A stretch of DNA of 64,000 nt from Polyangiales bacterium (GCA_038230375.1 JBBRNJ010000023.1:42452-106451), one strand, 5' to 3'; counted from the first letter of the stretch, positions 9,205 through 19,257 are shown. Numbers and translations: made by a program. Notes: a model not told the origin generated them from the sequence alone.

Positions 9205-11628
9205 ATGACACGTCGTTTTGCGATGCAGCGCGGCAACAGCCGGATCGTCTTTGGGCGCGGGAGCTCGTCCCGGATCCAGGAAGAGCTTGCCACCCTTGGG
9301 GCCGAGCGCGTCCTCATCGTCTCCACGGCGGGTCGCAAGACGGAGGCCGTCGCGCTCGCCGCAGGCCTGGGCACGAGGAGCGCGGGGGTCATGGCGATCG
9401 CCCGTGAGCACGTGCCGCGCGCCACGGTGACTGAAGGGCTCGCCACGCTCGCAAGCGCGAAGGCCGATGCGTTGCTCGCGTTCGGCGGTGGCTCCGCGAT
9501 CGGCCTCGCGAAGGCGCTCGCGGTGGAGTGCCTCGTGGGGGATCACGAAGCGCATTCGCATCCCCGTGAGACCCGCATCATCGCCGTGCCCACCACGTAC
9601 TCCGGTTCCGAGATGACACCCGTGTACGGCATCACCGACGGCGACGACAAGCGCGTCGCGAAGGATGCGCGCGCGCGTCCGTCGCTCGTCATCTACGATC
9701 CCGATCTCCTCGCGAACCTGCCACGCGATACCGCGCTATCCAGCTTGTGGAACGCCATGGCGCACGCCGTGGAGGCGCTGTGGGCGAACGAGCCCGATCG
9801 CGCGACGCTGCTCTCCGCGGAGGAGTCCGTGCGGCTCCTCTGGTCCGCGCTCTCTCGGCTGTCCGTCAACGGCGCCGATCAGAGTGCATGCGAGCTCGGG
9901 CTCGAGGGCGCGTTCCTCGCGGGCGCGGTCTTCGCGGACGTTGGCGGCGCGCTTCATCACAAGCTGTGTCACGTGCTGGGTGGAAAGCTGGGGCTCGCGC
10001 ACGCGGCGACGCACGCGGTGCTCCTTCCGCACGTGCTCCGCTTCAACGCGGCGGCCGCGCCCGAGGCCATGAGCGCCATCGCGCGTGCGATCGGCGCGAT
10101 CGATCCCGTTGCCGCGTTCGCCCGGCTCTCGCAGGCCACAGCACCTCGCGGGCTCGCCGCGCTCGGCATGAAGAAGGAGGGCATTGCTGCGGTCGTGGAC
10201 GTGATGATGAAGACCCCATCGTTCTCGCCACGTGCGATCGATCACGCGTCACTCACCTCATTGCTCAGCGGCGCGCTCGAGCCCGCTGCGCGCCCCGATG
10301 CACCCAAGGTCCGTGCACCGGCGGACATCGGCGAGCAGCGCGGCTTCGCAGGCACGCACGACTCGGAGGCGCTCCCCGGCGCGCTGCCGAAGAAGCAGAA
10401 CACGCCGCACCCGGCGCCGTACGGCCTCTTGCCCGAGTGCGTGAACGGCACGCCCTTCACCGTGAAGAGCGCGGAGAACGCGCGCACGTTCATGTACCGC
10501 GTTCGCGCATCGTTTTCGCACGGGAAATTCCAGCCTCTTCCGCATGCGCGCTTCGCCTGCACGCTCGGCGATGTCGAACATTCGCGCACGCGCTGGCGTC
10601 CGCTTCCCATGCCCGACGCGTCGTCGCGCACCGATTTTCTGGACGGACTCGTCACGCTCGGTGGCGCGGGCGATCCCGTGGGCGGTCCTGGCTACGCGAT
10701 CCACCTCTACGCAGCGAACGCGGACATGGCGGATCGCAGCTTCTCGAACTCCGATGGCGACATGCTCATCGTGCCACAGACCGGGACCATCGACGTACGG
10801 ACGGAGCTCGGTTGGCTCCGCGCCGCGCCCGGCACCATCTTGATCATCCCGCGCGCCATCAAGTTCACCGTCGGCCTCCCCGACGGCCACGCACGCGGCT
10901 GGATGCTCGAGGTGTTCGGTCCACGCATCCGCCTTCCCGAGCGCGGCCCCATCGGTTCGAACGGCCTCGCGGACGCGCGCCATTTCCGTGCGCCCGTCGC
11001 CTCGTACGAGGACCGCGAGTGCCCCGGCGGCTTCGACATCGTCACCAAGCTCGGCGGCCGACTCTCCGTTGCCACGCAGCACCACTCGCCGTTCGACGTG
11101 GTCGCATGGCACGGCACGCTCGTGCCCTACGCGTACGATCTGTCGCTCTTCAACGCGATGGGCTCGGTCACCTGGGATCACGTGGACCCGTCGATCCTCA
11201 CCGTGCTCACGGCGCCGCTCGACGACAAGGGCCGCGCTGTCTGTGACTTCGTCGCCTTCACGGGAAGGTGGATGGCCATGGACCACACCTTCCGCCCGCC
11301 ATACATGCATCGAAACGCAGCGAGCGAGATCAACTGCGTCGTGAGCGTGAAGTCGGCCGACGGTGGCTACGAGCCGGGCGTCACGTTCCTCTCACCGCTG
11401 CTCACCGCGCACGGCGTTGCCACGCACACCTACGATCGCGAGCTCGATAGGCCTGTAGACCCGAACGAGAAGCCGTTCCGCGTCCCGGACGAGTCACTCT
11501 GGGTGATGTTCGAGTCCGCGCTCCCGTTCAGGACGTCCACATGGGCGCAGACCACGCCCCTGGTCGACGAAGGGTTCCTGGATCAGTTCGAAGGAATGAA
11601 GAAGCGCTTCGATCCCACGAAGCCCTGA
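9205..11628 (+). CDS. Fusion of maleylacetate reductase-like iron alcohol dehydrogenase (N-terminal) and homogentisate 1,2-dioxygenase-like domain (C-terminal)
   Basis: N-half GGGSAIGLAKA, PTTYSGSEMT, NAMAHAVEAL, ALHHKLCHVLGG; C-half SEALPGALP..QNTP, NSDGDMLIVPQ, GPIGSNGLA, HSPFDVVAWHG, DHVDPSI, RPPYMHRN..SE, TAHG; one uninterrupted frame. Confidence 0.85.
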   Translation: MTRRFAMQRGNSRIVFGRGSSSRIQEELATLGAERVLIVSTAGRKTEAVALAAGLGTRSAGVMAIAREHVPRATVTEGLATLASAKADALLAFGGGSAIGLAKALAVECLVGDHEAHSHPRETRIIAVPTTYSGSEMTPVYGITDGDDKRVAKDARARPSLVIYDPDLLANLPRDTALSSLWNAMAHAVEALWANEPDRATLLSAEESVRLLWSALSRLSVNGADQSACELGLEGAFLAGAVFADVGGALHHKLCHVLGGKLGLAHAATHAVLLPHVLRFNAAAAPEAMSAIARAIGAIDPVAAFARLSQATAPRGLAALGMKKEGIAAVVDVMMKTPSFSPRAIDHASLTSLLSGALEPAARPDAPKVRAPADIGEQRGFAGTHDSEALPGALPKKQNTPHPAPYGLLPECVNGTPFTVKSAENARTFMYRVRASFSHGKFQPLPHARFACTLGDVEHSRTRWRPLPMPDASSRTDFLDGLVTLGGAGDPVGGPGYAIHLYAANADMADRSFSNSDGDMLIVPQTGTIDVRTELGWLRAAPGTILIIPRAIKFTVGLPDGHARGWMLEVFGPRIRLPERGPIGSNGLADARHFRAPVASYEDRECPGGFDIVTKLGGRLSVATQHHSPFDVVAWHGTLVPYAYDLSLFNAMGSVTWDHVDPSILTVLTAPLDDKGRAVCDFVAFTGRWMAMDHTFRPPYMHRNAASEINCVVSVKSADGGYEPGVTFLSPLLTAHGVATHTYDRELDRPVDPNEKPFRVPDESLWVMFESALPFRTSTWAQTTPLVDEGFLDQFEGMKKRFDPTKP

Positions 11629-11630
11629 CC

Positions 11631-12662
11631 TCAAAAGAGCTCGCGGCGCACGAGCTCCGTTCCGCGCACCATCGCTGCGAGCTTTCCGAACGCGATCTCT
11701 CGCGAGAGGTATTTCATGCCGCAGTCCGGCGCGATCAGCAGCCGCTCCTTGGGCACGTGCATGAGCGCATTCCGGATCCGCGCCGCGACCACCTCGGCCG
11801 TCTCGATCTCCGGATCTCCCAGGCTGATCACGCCGAGCATGATCTTCTTGGAAGGTAGCTGCTTCAGGATCGCCAGATCCAGGTCTGGCTGCGCCGCCTC
11901 GATCGAGATCGCCGTCGCGTTCACGTTCTCGAGCTCCGGAAGAAACGAGTAGCCGTTCGGCCGCTCGTGGACGATGTGCGCGTAGCCGAAGCAGAGGTGC
12001 ACGATGGTCTCGCCCGTGACGCCGAGGAGCGCGCGGTTCAGCGCCTTCACCGCGTACTTCTTCGCCTCCTCCGGCCGTGCCTGCATGTACGGCTCGTCCA
12101 GCTGCACCATCGTGACGCCAGCGGCGAACAGCGCATGGATCTCCTCGTTCACCGCGGCGGCGTAGTCCATCGCGGCGGCCTCCGCGGTCGCGTAGTGATC
12201 GTTCTGTGCCTGCTGCAGCATCGTGAACGGACCGGGCAGGGTGAGCTTGGTGCTCTTGCTCGTGTTCTTGACCAGGAACTCTGCGTCGCGCACCTCCACC
12301 GGACCCTTGCGCCGGATCGGACCGCTGATGCGCGGCACCGGGTTCGGGTGGCCCGTGCGATCGAGCGCCGTGCCGTGGTTCTCCGTTTCGATGCCGTCGA
12401 GCGCGGTCGCGAACCGGTTCGAGTAGCTCTCGCGCCGGATCTCACCGTCCGTCACGATGTCCACGCCCGCGAGCTCCATGTCGCGGATCGCCACGAGCGT
12501 GGCCGCGTCCTGCGCCTCTTCCAGATACTCCGGCGCGACCTTCCAGATCTCACCGGCGCGCACACGCGGAGGCAACCGGCTCTTCAGGTTCTTGCGATCG
12601 ACGAGCCAGTCAGGCTGCACATAGCTGCCGACGACGGTGGTAGGGAGAACAGGGAGAACCAT
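11631..12662 (-). CDS. Cobalamin-independent methionine synthase II family (single-barrel MetE-like)
   Basis: TTVVGSY, DGEIRRESY, QLDEP, HLC and PDCG zinc ligands; GGAGG RBS. Confidence 0.88.
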   Translation of the reverse strand: MVLPVLPTTVVGSYVQPDWLVDRKNLKSRLPPRVRAGEIWKVAPEYLEEAQDAATLVAIRDMELAGVDIVTDGEIRRESYSNRFATALDGIETENHGTALDRTGHPNPVPRISGPIRRKGPVEVRDAEFLVKNTSKSTKLTLPGPFTMLQQAQNDHYATAEAAAMDYAAAVNEEIHALFAAGVTMVQLDEPYMQARPEEAKKYAVKALNRALLGVTGETIVHLCFGYAHIVHERPNGYSFLPELENVNATAISIEAAQPDLDLAILKQLPSKKIMLGVISLGDPEIETAEVVAARIRNALMHVPKERLLIAPDCGMKYLSREIAFGKLAAMVRGTELVRRELF

Positions 12663-12833
12663 GCGACCTCCGATACTAGCAAAGGTCGTCGCGCTGCCGC
12701 CGCTCGAGCGACACAACGCCGCGCCAGCTCACACACGCGCCGAAGCTATTTTTCGAAAGCGTGTCCTCCCGCGAGCCTCTCGTGCGTGAATCCCGCCATG
12801 AACCACCCGATCATCCTCCTTGACCGCGCAGTA

Positions 12834-12849
12834 GTGATAGAGTTATCAC
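12834..12849. promoter_or_regulatory. Palindrome GTGATA-GAGT-TATCAC, candidate TetR operator overlapping a promoter
   Basis: Perfect inverted repeat just downstream of TTGACC (12820-12825), upstream of the hydrolase-TetR pair. Confidence 0.6.
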
Positions 12850-12941
12850 CAGTCTGGATTTCGCGATGAAGGACACGTCTGCAAGCTCCTCGAGAGGCGA
12901 GCAGTCGCACGTTCTTCGGCGTGGACGAGAAGGAGACTCAC

Positions 12942-13784
12942 ATGCAATCTGTACCGACTCGCGCCGGGAACCTCGTCGTGGATATCAAGGGCGAGGGCGC
13001 GCCGCTCGTTCTGCTGCACGCGATCACGCACGACCGTCGCGACTTCGACCCGATCGTCCCCGCGCTCGCGAAGAGCTGGAAGACCATCGCGGTGGACTGG
13101 CCCGGACATGGCGATTCCGACATGTGGAGCCCGCCGGAGTCGGCGAGTACGGCAGGCTTGTGCGACGCGCTCGAGGATCTGGTAGAGGAGCTCGACCTGC
13201 CGCCTGCGATCTTCATCGGGAACTCCGTCGGCGGCACGGCCAGCGTTCGGCTCGCGGCGCGCCGACCAGAGCGCGTGCGCGCGCTGGTGCTGGTCGACAG
13301 CGGCGGCTCGGCGACACCTTCTGCGCTGCTGTCCGCCGTGTGCTGGGTGCAAGGCCACAAGGTGGTTCGTGCGTGGACCGGGATGCGGTTCGCGCGGATG
13401 TACATGAAGACGCCGGGGCCGGGCCGCGATGATCTCTTCGCGCGGATGACACAGATGCGACAGCGTCCGGGGTTCATCGACATGGAGGCCGCCATGTGGC
13501 GGAGCTTCGGCACATCCCAGAACGACCTGTCGGACGTCGCGCCCGCGGTGAAGGCGCCGACGCTCATCGTGTGGGGCACGCATGATCCCGTGGTCCGAGC
13601 GCGCGTGGAGGGAAAGCGCCTTCGCGCGATGTTGCCGCACGCGGAATACGTGGAGCTCGCGACCGGACACGTGCCGTTCTTGGAGAAACCGGACGCGTTC
13701 CTGGAGCAGGTGTTGCCGTTCCTGGACAGCACCAGGAGCACCGGCGGGCGGGCGGCGGCGGATCGTCGGAACAATGCAGCGTAG
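12942..13784 (+). CDS. Alpha/beta fold hydrolase
   Basis: LLHA, DWPGHG, GNSVGG nucleophile elbow, WGTHD, TGHVP; AGGAG RBS. Confidence 0.9.
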   Translation: MQSVPTRAGNLVVDIKGEGAPLVLLHAITHDRRDFDPIVPALAKSWKTIAVDWPGHGDSDMWSPPESASTAGLCDALEDLVEELDLPPAIFIGNSVGGTASVRLAARRPERVRALVLVDSGGSATPSALLSAVCWVQGHKVVRAWTGMRFARMYMKTPGPGRDDLFARMTQMRQRPGFIDMEAAMWRSFGTSQNDLSDVAPAVKAPTLIVWGTHDPVVRARVEGKRLRAMLPHAEYVELATGHVPFLEKPDAFLEQVLPFLDSTRSTGGRAAADRRNNAA

Positions 13785-14397
13785 GACGGCGATCGCACCG
13801 AAGCCCGCTCCGCGCCCGCGACGCGGCCCGCCCGAGGAGACCCGCAATCGCCTGGTCCAGGCAGCCGCGGAGATCTTCAACCGTGACGGCTACGAGGGGA
13901 CAGACTCCAACCGGATCGCGCGTGAGGCGGGCTATTCGCCTGGCACGTTCTACAAACACTTCGTCGACAAGCGCGAGGTCTTCCTTGCCGTCTACGAGGA
14001 GTGGGTCACGCGCGAATGGCGTGAGGTCTCCGCGCACGCGGCCGCAAGAGGCACGGCACGAGAGCGCGCCGAGCAGATCGTCCGCATGTTCCTTGCTCAT
14101 CACCGGCGCTGGCGTGGGTTCCGCGCGAGCCTGCGCGCGCTGGTCTCGTACGAGCCGGCCGTGCGCGACTTCTACCGGGCTCAGCGCCGCAAGCAGCTGG
14201 AGCTCCTGGCGCGCATGCGCGAAGCGGTCGGTGTTCCGGGATCACGAGAGGCGGACGCGCTCTTGCTCTTCACGCTCGAGCGCACCTCGGATGCGTTCGC
14301 AGAGGACGAACCAGAGTCGCTGAAGCTCTCATCCGAAGCACTGCACGCGCTGATCGTCGATCTTGTGACAGCACGTCTGGAGCCGCCAGCTTCGTAG
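13774..14397 (+). CDS. TetR/AcrR family transcriptional regulator
   Basis: ETRNRLVQAAAEIF..GYEGT..IAREAGYSPGTFYKHFVDK. Confidence 0.9.
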   Translation: MQRRTAIAPKPAPRPRRGPPEETRNRLVQAAAEIFNRDGYEGTDSNRIAREAGYSPGTFYKHFVDKREVFLAVYEEWVTREWREVSAHAAARGTARERAEQIVRMFLAHHRRWRGFRASLRALVSYEPAVRDFYRAQRRKQLELLARMREAVGVPGSREADALLLFTLERTSDAFAEDEPESLKLSSEALHALIVDLVTARLEPPAS

Positions 14398-14520
14398 AGC
14401 CGGGGAATCCGTAGAGCACGACGGGCACCGAGAAGCGTCGAGGAAACATCGTGTATACTCCGGTTCGGGGAAGGTTGTGCCAGGGATCATCGTGCTAGCT
14501 TGATCTGTCGCGGACGGGTC

Positions 14521-16044
14521 ATGGAAGGAACGCTGATCGACGGCAAGTACCAGGTGATCCGCCAGCTCGGGCAAGGCGGGATGGGCGCCGTGTACGAGGC
14601 GCGTCATCGTTCGACGGGACGCCGTGTCGCCGTGAAGGTCATCGTCCCGACCGCGCTCGCCGCCGGGCCTGACATCATCGCGCGATTCCAGCGCGAGGCG
14701 CGTGCGAGCGGCTCGATCGACTCGCCGTTCGTCGTTCAGGTTTACGACGCGGGCGTCGATGCGGAGACGGGCGCGCCGTACATGGCGATGGAGTGTCTTG
14801 CTGGCGACGACGTGCAGGAGCTCCTTTTGCGCCTGGGTCCGCTCCCGCCCGCCGTCGTGCTCAGCATCGTCGCGCAGGCGTGTCACGGCCTCCACAAAGC
14901 CCACGAAGGCGGCATCGTCCATCGCGACATCAAGTCGGCCAACCTGTTCCTCGCCCGACGCGAAGGCGAAGGCGATGAGCTCGTCACGAAGATCCTCGAT
15001 TTCGGAATCGCGAAGGTGCGTGCCAGTGCGCTGTCCTCCGGTGACGCGGACGATCACAAGCTGACGAAGACGGGCTCGATGCTCGGCTCGCCCGTGTACA
15101 TGTCGCCAGAGCAGGCGGTTGGTGCGAAGGATCTCGACGCGCGCTCGGATATCTTCTCGATGGGCGTGATGATGTACGAAGCGCTGTCGGGCGCGACCCC
15201 GAATGGTCACCTCACGAGCCTGGGCGCGCTCGTGATGGCGATCTGCGCGCAGAAGGCGACGCCGATCCAGGATCGCGCGCCCTGGATCTCGCCCGAGATC
15301 GCCTCGATCGTGCACAAGGCGCTGGAGACGAAGCCGGAGGATCGCTACCAGACAGCGGCGGACCTCCGCGCGGCGGTGCTGGCGCTCTTGCCAGACGGCG
15401 CGGCGAAGGTCACTGCTGACATGGTGATCGCGCTGCCGCCGGAGCTTCGGGAGAGCCGCGCGTCGCGACTGGAAGCATCGAGCGCTGCCCTCGCGTTCGA
15501 CGACACGGTCCTCCCGGCGAACGACGCAAGCAGCATGCCCCCGGCGATGCCGGCCGCAGTTCCGAGTGGCAAGACGAATCCGGGGACGAGCACAACCGCT
15601 GGCTTCGGTGAGTCGAGTGACATTCCGCCGCCAGCACGTGCGCGACGCGGCCCATGGATCGCGGCGGGCGTGGTCGCAGTCGTGGCGGTCGCCGGCGGCG
15701 GGGTTGCGTTGAACCTTCGAGGTACGCCCGCGCCAAACACGACGATGGGCGCAGGGCTCGTCGAGAGCGCGACGACCGACCCACCCTCGGCCTCGACTTC
15801 ACCCTCGGCCTCGACTTCACCCTCGACTTCACCCTCGACTTCACCCTCGACGTCGCCCTTGGCCTCGACTTCACCCTCGACGATGCCCAGCTCGGCCCGC
15901 ATCGGCGCCTCGCTGGCGACCTCGAAGGCCAAGCCGGTCGTTACCTCGAAGAGCACGAGCGCGCCGTCGGCTGCTGCCTCGGCTCCTCCGCGACCGGCCC
16001 CGAGCGGCGGCGCGGATCGCAGCCTCGATGAATTCGGGAAGTGA
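14521..16044 (+). CDS. Membrane-anchored Hanks-type serine/threonine protein kinase
   Basis: LGQGGMGAVY, VAVK, HRDIKSAN, DFG, GSPVYMSPEQ; TM WIAAGVVAVVAVAGG; Ser/Pro tail. Confidence 0.95.
   Translation: MEGTLIDGKYQVIRQLGQGGMGAVYEARHRSTGRRVAVKVIVPTALAAGPDIIARFQREARASGSIDSPFVVQVYDAGVDAETGAPYMAMECLAGDDVQELLLRLGPLPPAVVLSIVAQACHGLHKAHEGGIVHRDIKSANLFLARREGEGDELVTKILDFGIAKVRASALSSGDADDHKLTKTGSMLGSPVYMSPEQAVGAKDLDARSDIFSMGVMMYEALSGATPNGHLTSLGALVMAICAQKATPIQDRAPWISPEIASIVHKALETKPEDRYQTAADLRAAVLALLPDGAAKVTADMVIALPPELRESRASRLEASSAALAFDDTVLPANDASSMPPAMPAAVPSGKTNPGTSTTAGFGESSDIPPPARARRGPWIAAGVVAVVAVAGGGVALNLRGTPAPNTTMGAGLVESATTDPPSASTSPSASTSPSTSPSTSPSTSPLASTSPSTMPSSARIGASLATSKAKPVVTSKSTSAPSAAASAPPRPAPSGGADRSLDEFGK
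15785..15882 (+). repeat. CCCTCGACTTCA-type tandem repeat encoding a PSTS linker
   Basis: Directly visible. Confidence 0.8.
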
Positions 16045-17853
16045 TCAGTACCAGGCCGCGCCGCCGCCGATGCTCACCACGGTGAACGAGTCCTTGATCG
16101 GCGGTAGCACGTAGACGAACACCTTGCCGAAGGCCTGCTTTCCCGTCGAGAGCATGCCCTTCACGATGTCGACGGACGCTTCGAATCCCCATGGAACGAA
16201 GTACGCAGATTTGTCGAACTGGTATGGCATCAGCACATTGAGCGAAGGCGTGTAAGCGATCCCGAGCACCGCGCCCGTCCAGTCTGGACCCTTGTACGAT
16301 CCGATTCCGATCTGATAGCCGAGCGTCACGGGGACGTTCACCATCCAGCTGGTTCGAAATTCACCGGCTCTGTAACGCGTGACGACGGCATGGTCCCCTG
16401 CGGGCGGCAGCGTCGTGCCTCGTGGGTAGATCGCTGCTGGCGATCCGGTCTGGGATGTGGACTGCACCGTGAACCATTCACCGAAGTTGAGGTCCGCGCC
16501 GCTCCCGATTCGAAAGGCATGCCACGTGCCCTTGCCCGTCGAAGGATCGGGGAGCGACATGTACTCGTACGCGATCCGCCCGCCCACTCCACCCGCGCCG
16601 CCGCCAGAGAGATCGCCGGTGGATGGCGCCGTCGCGTCGCGGACGTAAGGTCCAGTCCTCGCATCCGATCCCGTCACGACGTAGCCGGCGCGCAACGGGT
16701 GAGTCGGGCCGAGGAGGATGAGGCCTTGGCCGCGCGCTTCCCAAGTGAGCCTGCTGCCGCCGCGCCGCAGCCACTCCTGGCGAATCGCCTCTGCTTCCTT
16801 GAACGTCAGCGATGCGCGTGGATCGCGCTCGAGCTCCACGTTCATCGTCTCGTGCGCGCCGTGCGGGATGACGACCTCTCTCTTCGTGCCAAGGAAGCCT
16901 TCCGCGCCGACCTCGAGCATGTGGCCGCCCGAGCGCAACCGCCCGACCCACAATCCGCGGCCCACGACCACGCCGTCGATCGCGACGCTCGCGCCGATCG
17001 GCTTCGGCTCCACGCGCAGCGTTGCGTCCAGGTTCTCCACCGCGAGGCTCAGCGCCGTCACCTCGTCCAACCGCACGGGCGCAGCCGCTGGCTGTGTGCC
17101 CAGCTCACCCTCTCCGACGAGCGCGACGGAGTGATGTCCGACGGGCAGCGTTCCTTCCCAGGGCGTCTTTCCGATCGAGACGTTGTCGACGATCACGTCG
17201 ACGACCTTTCCCGTCTGCTCGACGATCTTCAGGCGACCGCCTTGCATGAGCGGCGTCAGCTTCACGGCGACGCTCGTGGTCTGTCCGCTTGCGACTGTGA
17301 CGTTCGCATCGAACGGCGCGAAGCCGTCCTTCAAGACGCGGACAAGGTGCGTCCCGATGGAGACTCGCACCGCCGGGATCGGCGCGGCGCCGCGCGCAGC
17401 GTTATCTATGGCGACAGTCGCGCCGGGCTCGGCCCCGGTGAGCTCGATGCGTCCGACGAGCGCCGTGAGCGTCCGGATCTCGCGTTCGGCGACCTCGCGA
17501 TCGTCCGCAGACTGGGTCGGAAAATCCCTGAGCAGCGCTTCGAACATGTCGAGCGCCTCCGCGAAGCGATGCAGCTTGCGCAGGCAAAACCCCGCGTCTT
17601 TCGTCGCCGCACGCGTCGGAAAGATCGCGCGCGACCGCGCAAACTCGACGAGCGCGGCGTCCCATGCCTCTTCGTCGAAGAGCGACAAAGCCTTTTCGAA
17701 ATGCGCGCGCGCGTCTGCGCGAACCTCGGAGGTCGCGTCGGCCGTTGTGGTGGGCGCCGGTGCGGGGTCTGGCGTCTGGGCCGCCGCGTTGCCGCAGAAG
17801 AGAACCGCGCAGATCAGGAATGCCGTCAGGTGAACGCCGAACAAGCGATGCAT
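16045..17853 (-). CDS. TPR/PEGA domain exported protein with C-terminal beta-rich domain
   Basis: Signal peptide from MHRLFG; ARAHFEKALSLF..WDAALVEF TPR-like segment; three PEGA-like repeats; ends GGGAAWY. Confidence 0.8.
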   Translation of the reverse strand: MHRLFGVHLTAFLICAVLFCGNAAAQTPDPAPAPTTTADATSEVRADARAHFEKALSLFDEEAWDAALVEFARSRAIFPTRAATKDAGFCLRKLHRFAEALDMFEALLRDFPTQSADDREVAEREIRTLTALVGRIELTGAEPGATVAIDNAARGAAPIPAVRVSIGTHLVRVLKDGFAPFDANVTVASGQTTSVAVKLTPLMQGGRLKIVEQTGKVVDVIVDNVSIGKTPWEGTLPVGHHSVALVGEGELGTQPAAAPVRLDEVTALSLAVENLDATLRVEPKPIGASVAIDGVVVGRGLWVGRLRSGGHMLEVGAEGFLGTKREVVIPHGAHETMNVELERDPRASLTFKEAEAIRQEWLRRGGSRLTWEARGQGLILLGPTHPLRAGYVVTGSDARTGPYVRDATAPSTGDLSGGGAGGVGGRIAYEYMSLPDPSTGKGTWHAFRIGSGADLNFGEWFTVQSTSQTGSPAAIYPRGTTLPPAGDHAVVTRYRAGEFRTSWMVNVPVTLGYQIGIGSYKGPDWTGAVLGIAYTPSLNVLMPYQFDKSAYFVPWGFEASVDIVKGMLSTGKQAFGKVFVYVLPPIKDSFTVVSIGGGAAWY

Positions 17854-17862
17854 TCCGCGGCG

Positions 17863-17877
17863 AGCATAGACTATGCT
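17863..17877. promoter_or_regulatory. Palindrome AGCATAG-A-CTATGCT providing a TATGCT -10 box on both strands (candidate bidirectional promoter/operator)
   Basis: Perfect 7-bp inverted repeat in a 48-bp divergent gap. Confidence 0.5.
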
Positions 17878-17901
17878 GATCGGCGTGCGGCGGAAGATCG
17901 C

Positions 17902-19080
17902 GTGCGACATAGACTGATCCCATCGGCCTGGCCGGCCACGGCGCTGCTGCTCGCGGTCGCCGTGTTCGCCGCGTGCGGGGGCACGGCCTTGACGCCCCCG
18001 CCGGTGGTCGCCCTCAAGGTCAGCGGCTGTGCGTTCTCCGGTTCGCTCCAGTCGACCACCATGGCCGGGGCGCCGATCGCGCTGTCGGCCGGGCAGTGCG
18101 GCGGCGGCATCTTCGACGGGGGCGGGCAAGGCGCTGGCATCGACCTCGATCTGGTCCTGGTGAACGACTACAGAAACGGCGAGGGCGTGAGCCTCACGTT
18201 CAATCGCGCGTCGGCAAACACCACGCTTCAGATCGTCGACGCACCCGCTGACATCGCGTCGGACAATTTCCTGGCTTCTAGCGTTCCCCCCGGCGTCATC
18301 TGGGTCAGGCATCGTAGCGAATCGAGCACAAGCCTTGACCAAACGTACACGGGCGCGAGCGGGTCGGTGGTCCTCGGCGCGATCGGCCTCTCGACGCCGA
18401 GCTGTTCGAAGGAAGCATGCTCGGAGGGTACGGCCAGCTTCGACATCGCGTTCCAGGATGTGACCTGGCCGGGCAAGAGCGCGCCGCGGACCTTGAACGG
18501 ACACGTCGTCGTCACGGTCTCCGCCGGTGACCCGAGCTGCAAAGGGAGCAGCGATTGCCAGGACGGGCTCGCTTGCAACAGGGTCACCTTCCTGGCCCAG
18601 AACGGAAGCTACGGGTGCGGTCCGACGAACGCCGGCGGCGCGGACCTTGGTGCGGCGTGCACGACCGCGACCGATTGCCAGTCCAACGTTTGCGACTCCG
18701 AGGCCGGCCAGTGCACGGTCTTCTGCAGCGCGACCGCCGACTGCACGAACGGGACCGCGTGCATGGAGAGCAACAAGGGGCCGGCGCTTGCGGCCTGCGT
18801 TCGGGCGTGCACAAGCGACGCGGATTGCGCGGGCCTGCCGAAGGCTGCGATCTGCGTCGCTCACGACGCTGCGGGCAGCACTACGCTTGTTGGTGGCTGC
18901 GGCGGCGCGATAGGGACCAAGACGTTCGGCCAGAGCTCCGGCATGGATGGTGGAGACGTCTGCGACAGTGGGCTCTCGGCAAACAAAACCTGCACGCGCA
19001 TCTGTCGCGTCGACGCGGATTGCGCGCCGCCGCTCCCGGTTTGCTCGAAGACCAGCGGCCTGCGGAGCTGCGGGCTCTGA
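17902..19080 (+). CDS. Cys-rich lipoprotein
   Basis: Lipobox VFAAC; C-terminal repeats CxxxxDCxxxxC typical of myxobacterial surface proteins. Confidence 0.7.
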   Translation: MRHRLIPSAWPATALLLAVAVFAACGGTALTPPPVVALKVSGCAFSGSLQSTTMAGAPIALSAGQCGGGIFDGGGQGAGIDLDLVLVNDYRNGEGVSLTFNRASANTTLQIVDAPADIASDNFLASSVPPGVIWVRHRSESSTSLDQTYTGASGSVVLGAIGLSTPSCSKEACSEGTASFDIAFQDVTWPGKSAPRTLNGHVVVTVSAGDPSCKGSSDCQDGLACNRVTFLAQNGSYGCGPTNAGGADLGAACTTATDCQSNVCDSEAGQCTVFCSATADCTNGTACMESNKGPALAACVRACTSDADCAGLPKAAICVAHDAAGSTTLVGGCGGAIGTKTFGQSSGMDGGDVCDSGLSANKTCTRICRVDADCAPPLPVCSKTSGLRSCGL

Positions 19081-19229
19081 AGCGCAGCTCCACGACAGAG
19101 CCCTGAGGGAGTAGCGCGCGTCGTCGCTGACGCACGGCCGCTCGCGCTCGCGCTCTTGACGCGCGCGTCGCTCATGACGCTGACACGCGGCGTCGCCCTT
19201 GATTTTCAGGTCTTTCACGTGGGGGCGTG

Positions 19230-19245
19230 TGGCATGGCGCTCGCT
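19230..19245 (+). promoter_or_regulatory. Sigma54-type promoter TGGCATGGCGCTCGCT
   Basis: GG-N10-GC; ATG 13 nt after the GC. Confidence 0.55.
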
Positions 19246-19257
19246 TCTGGCGCGGCC

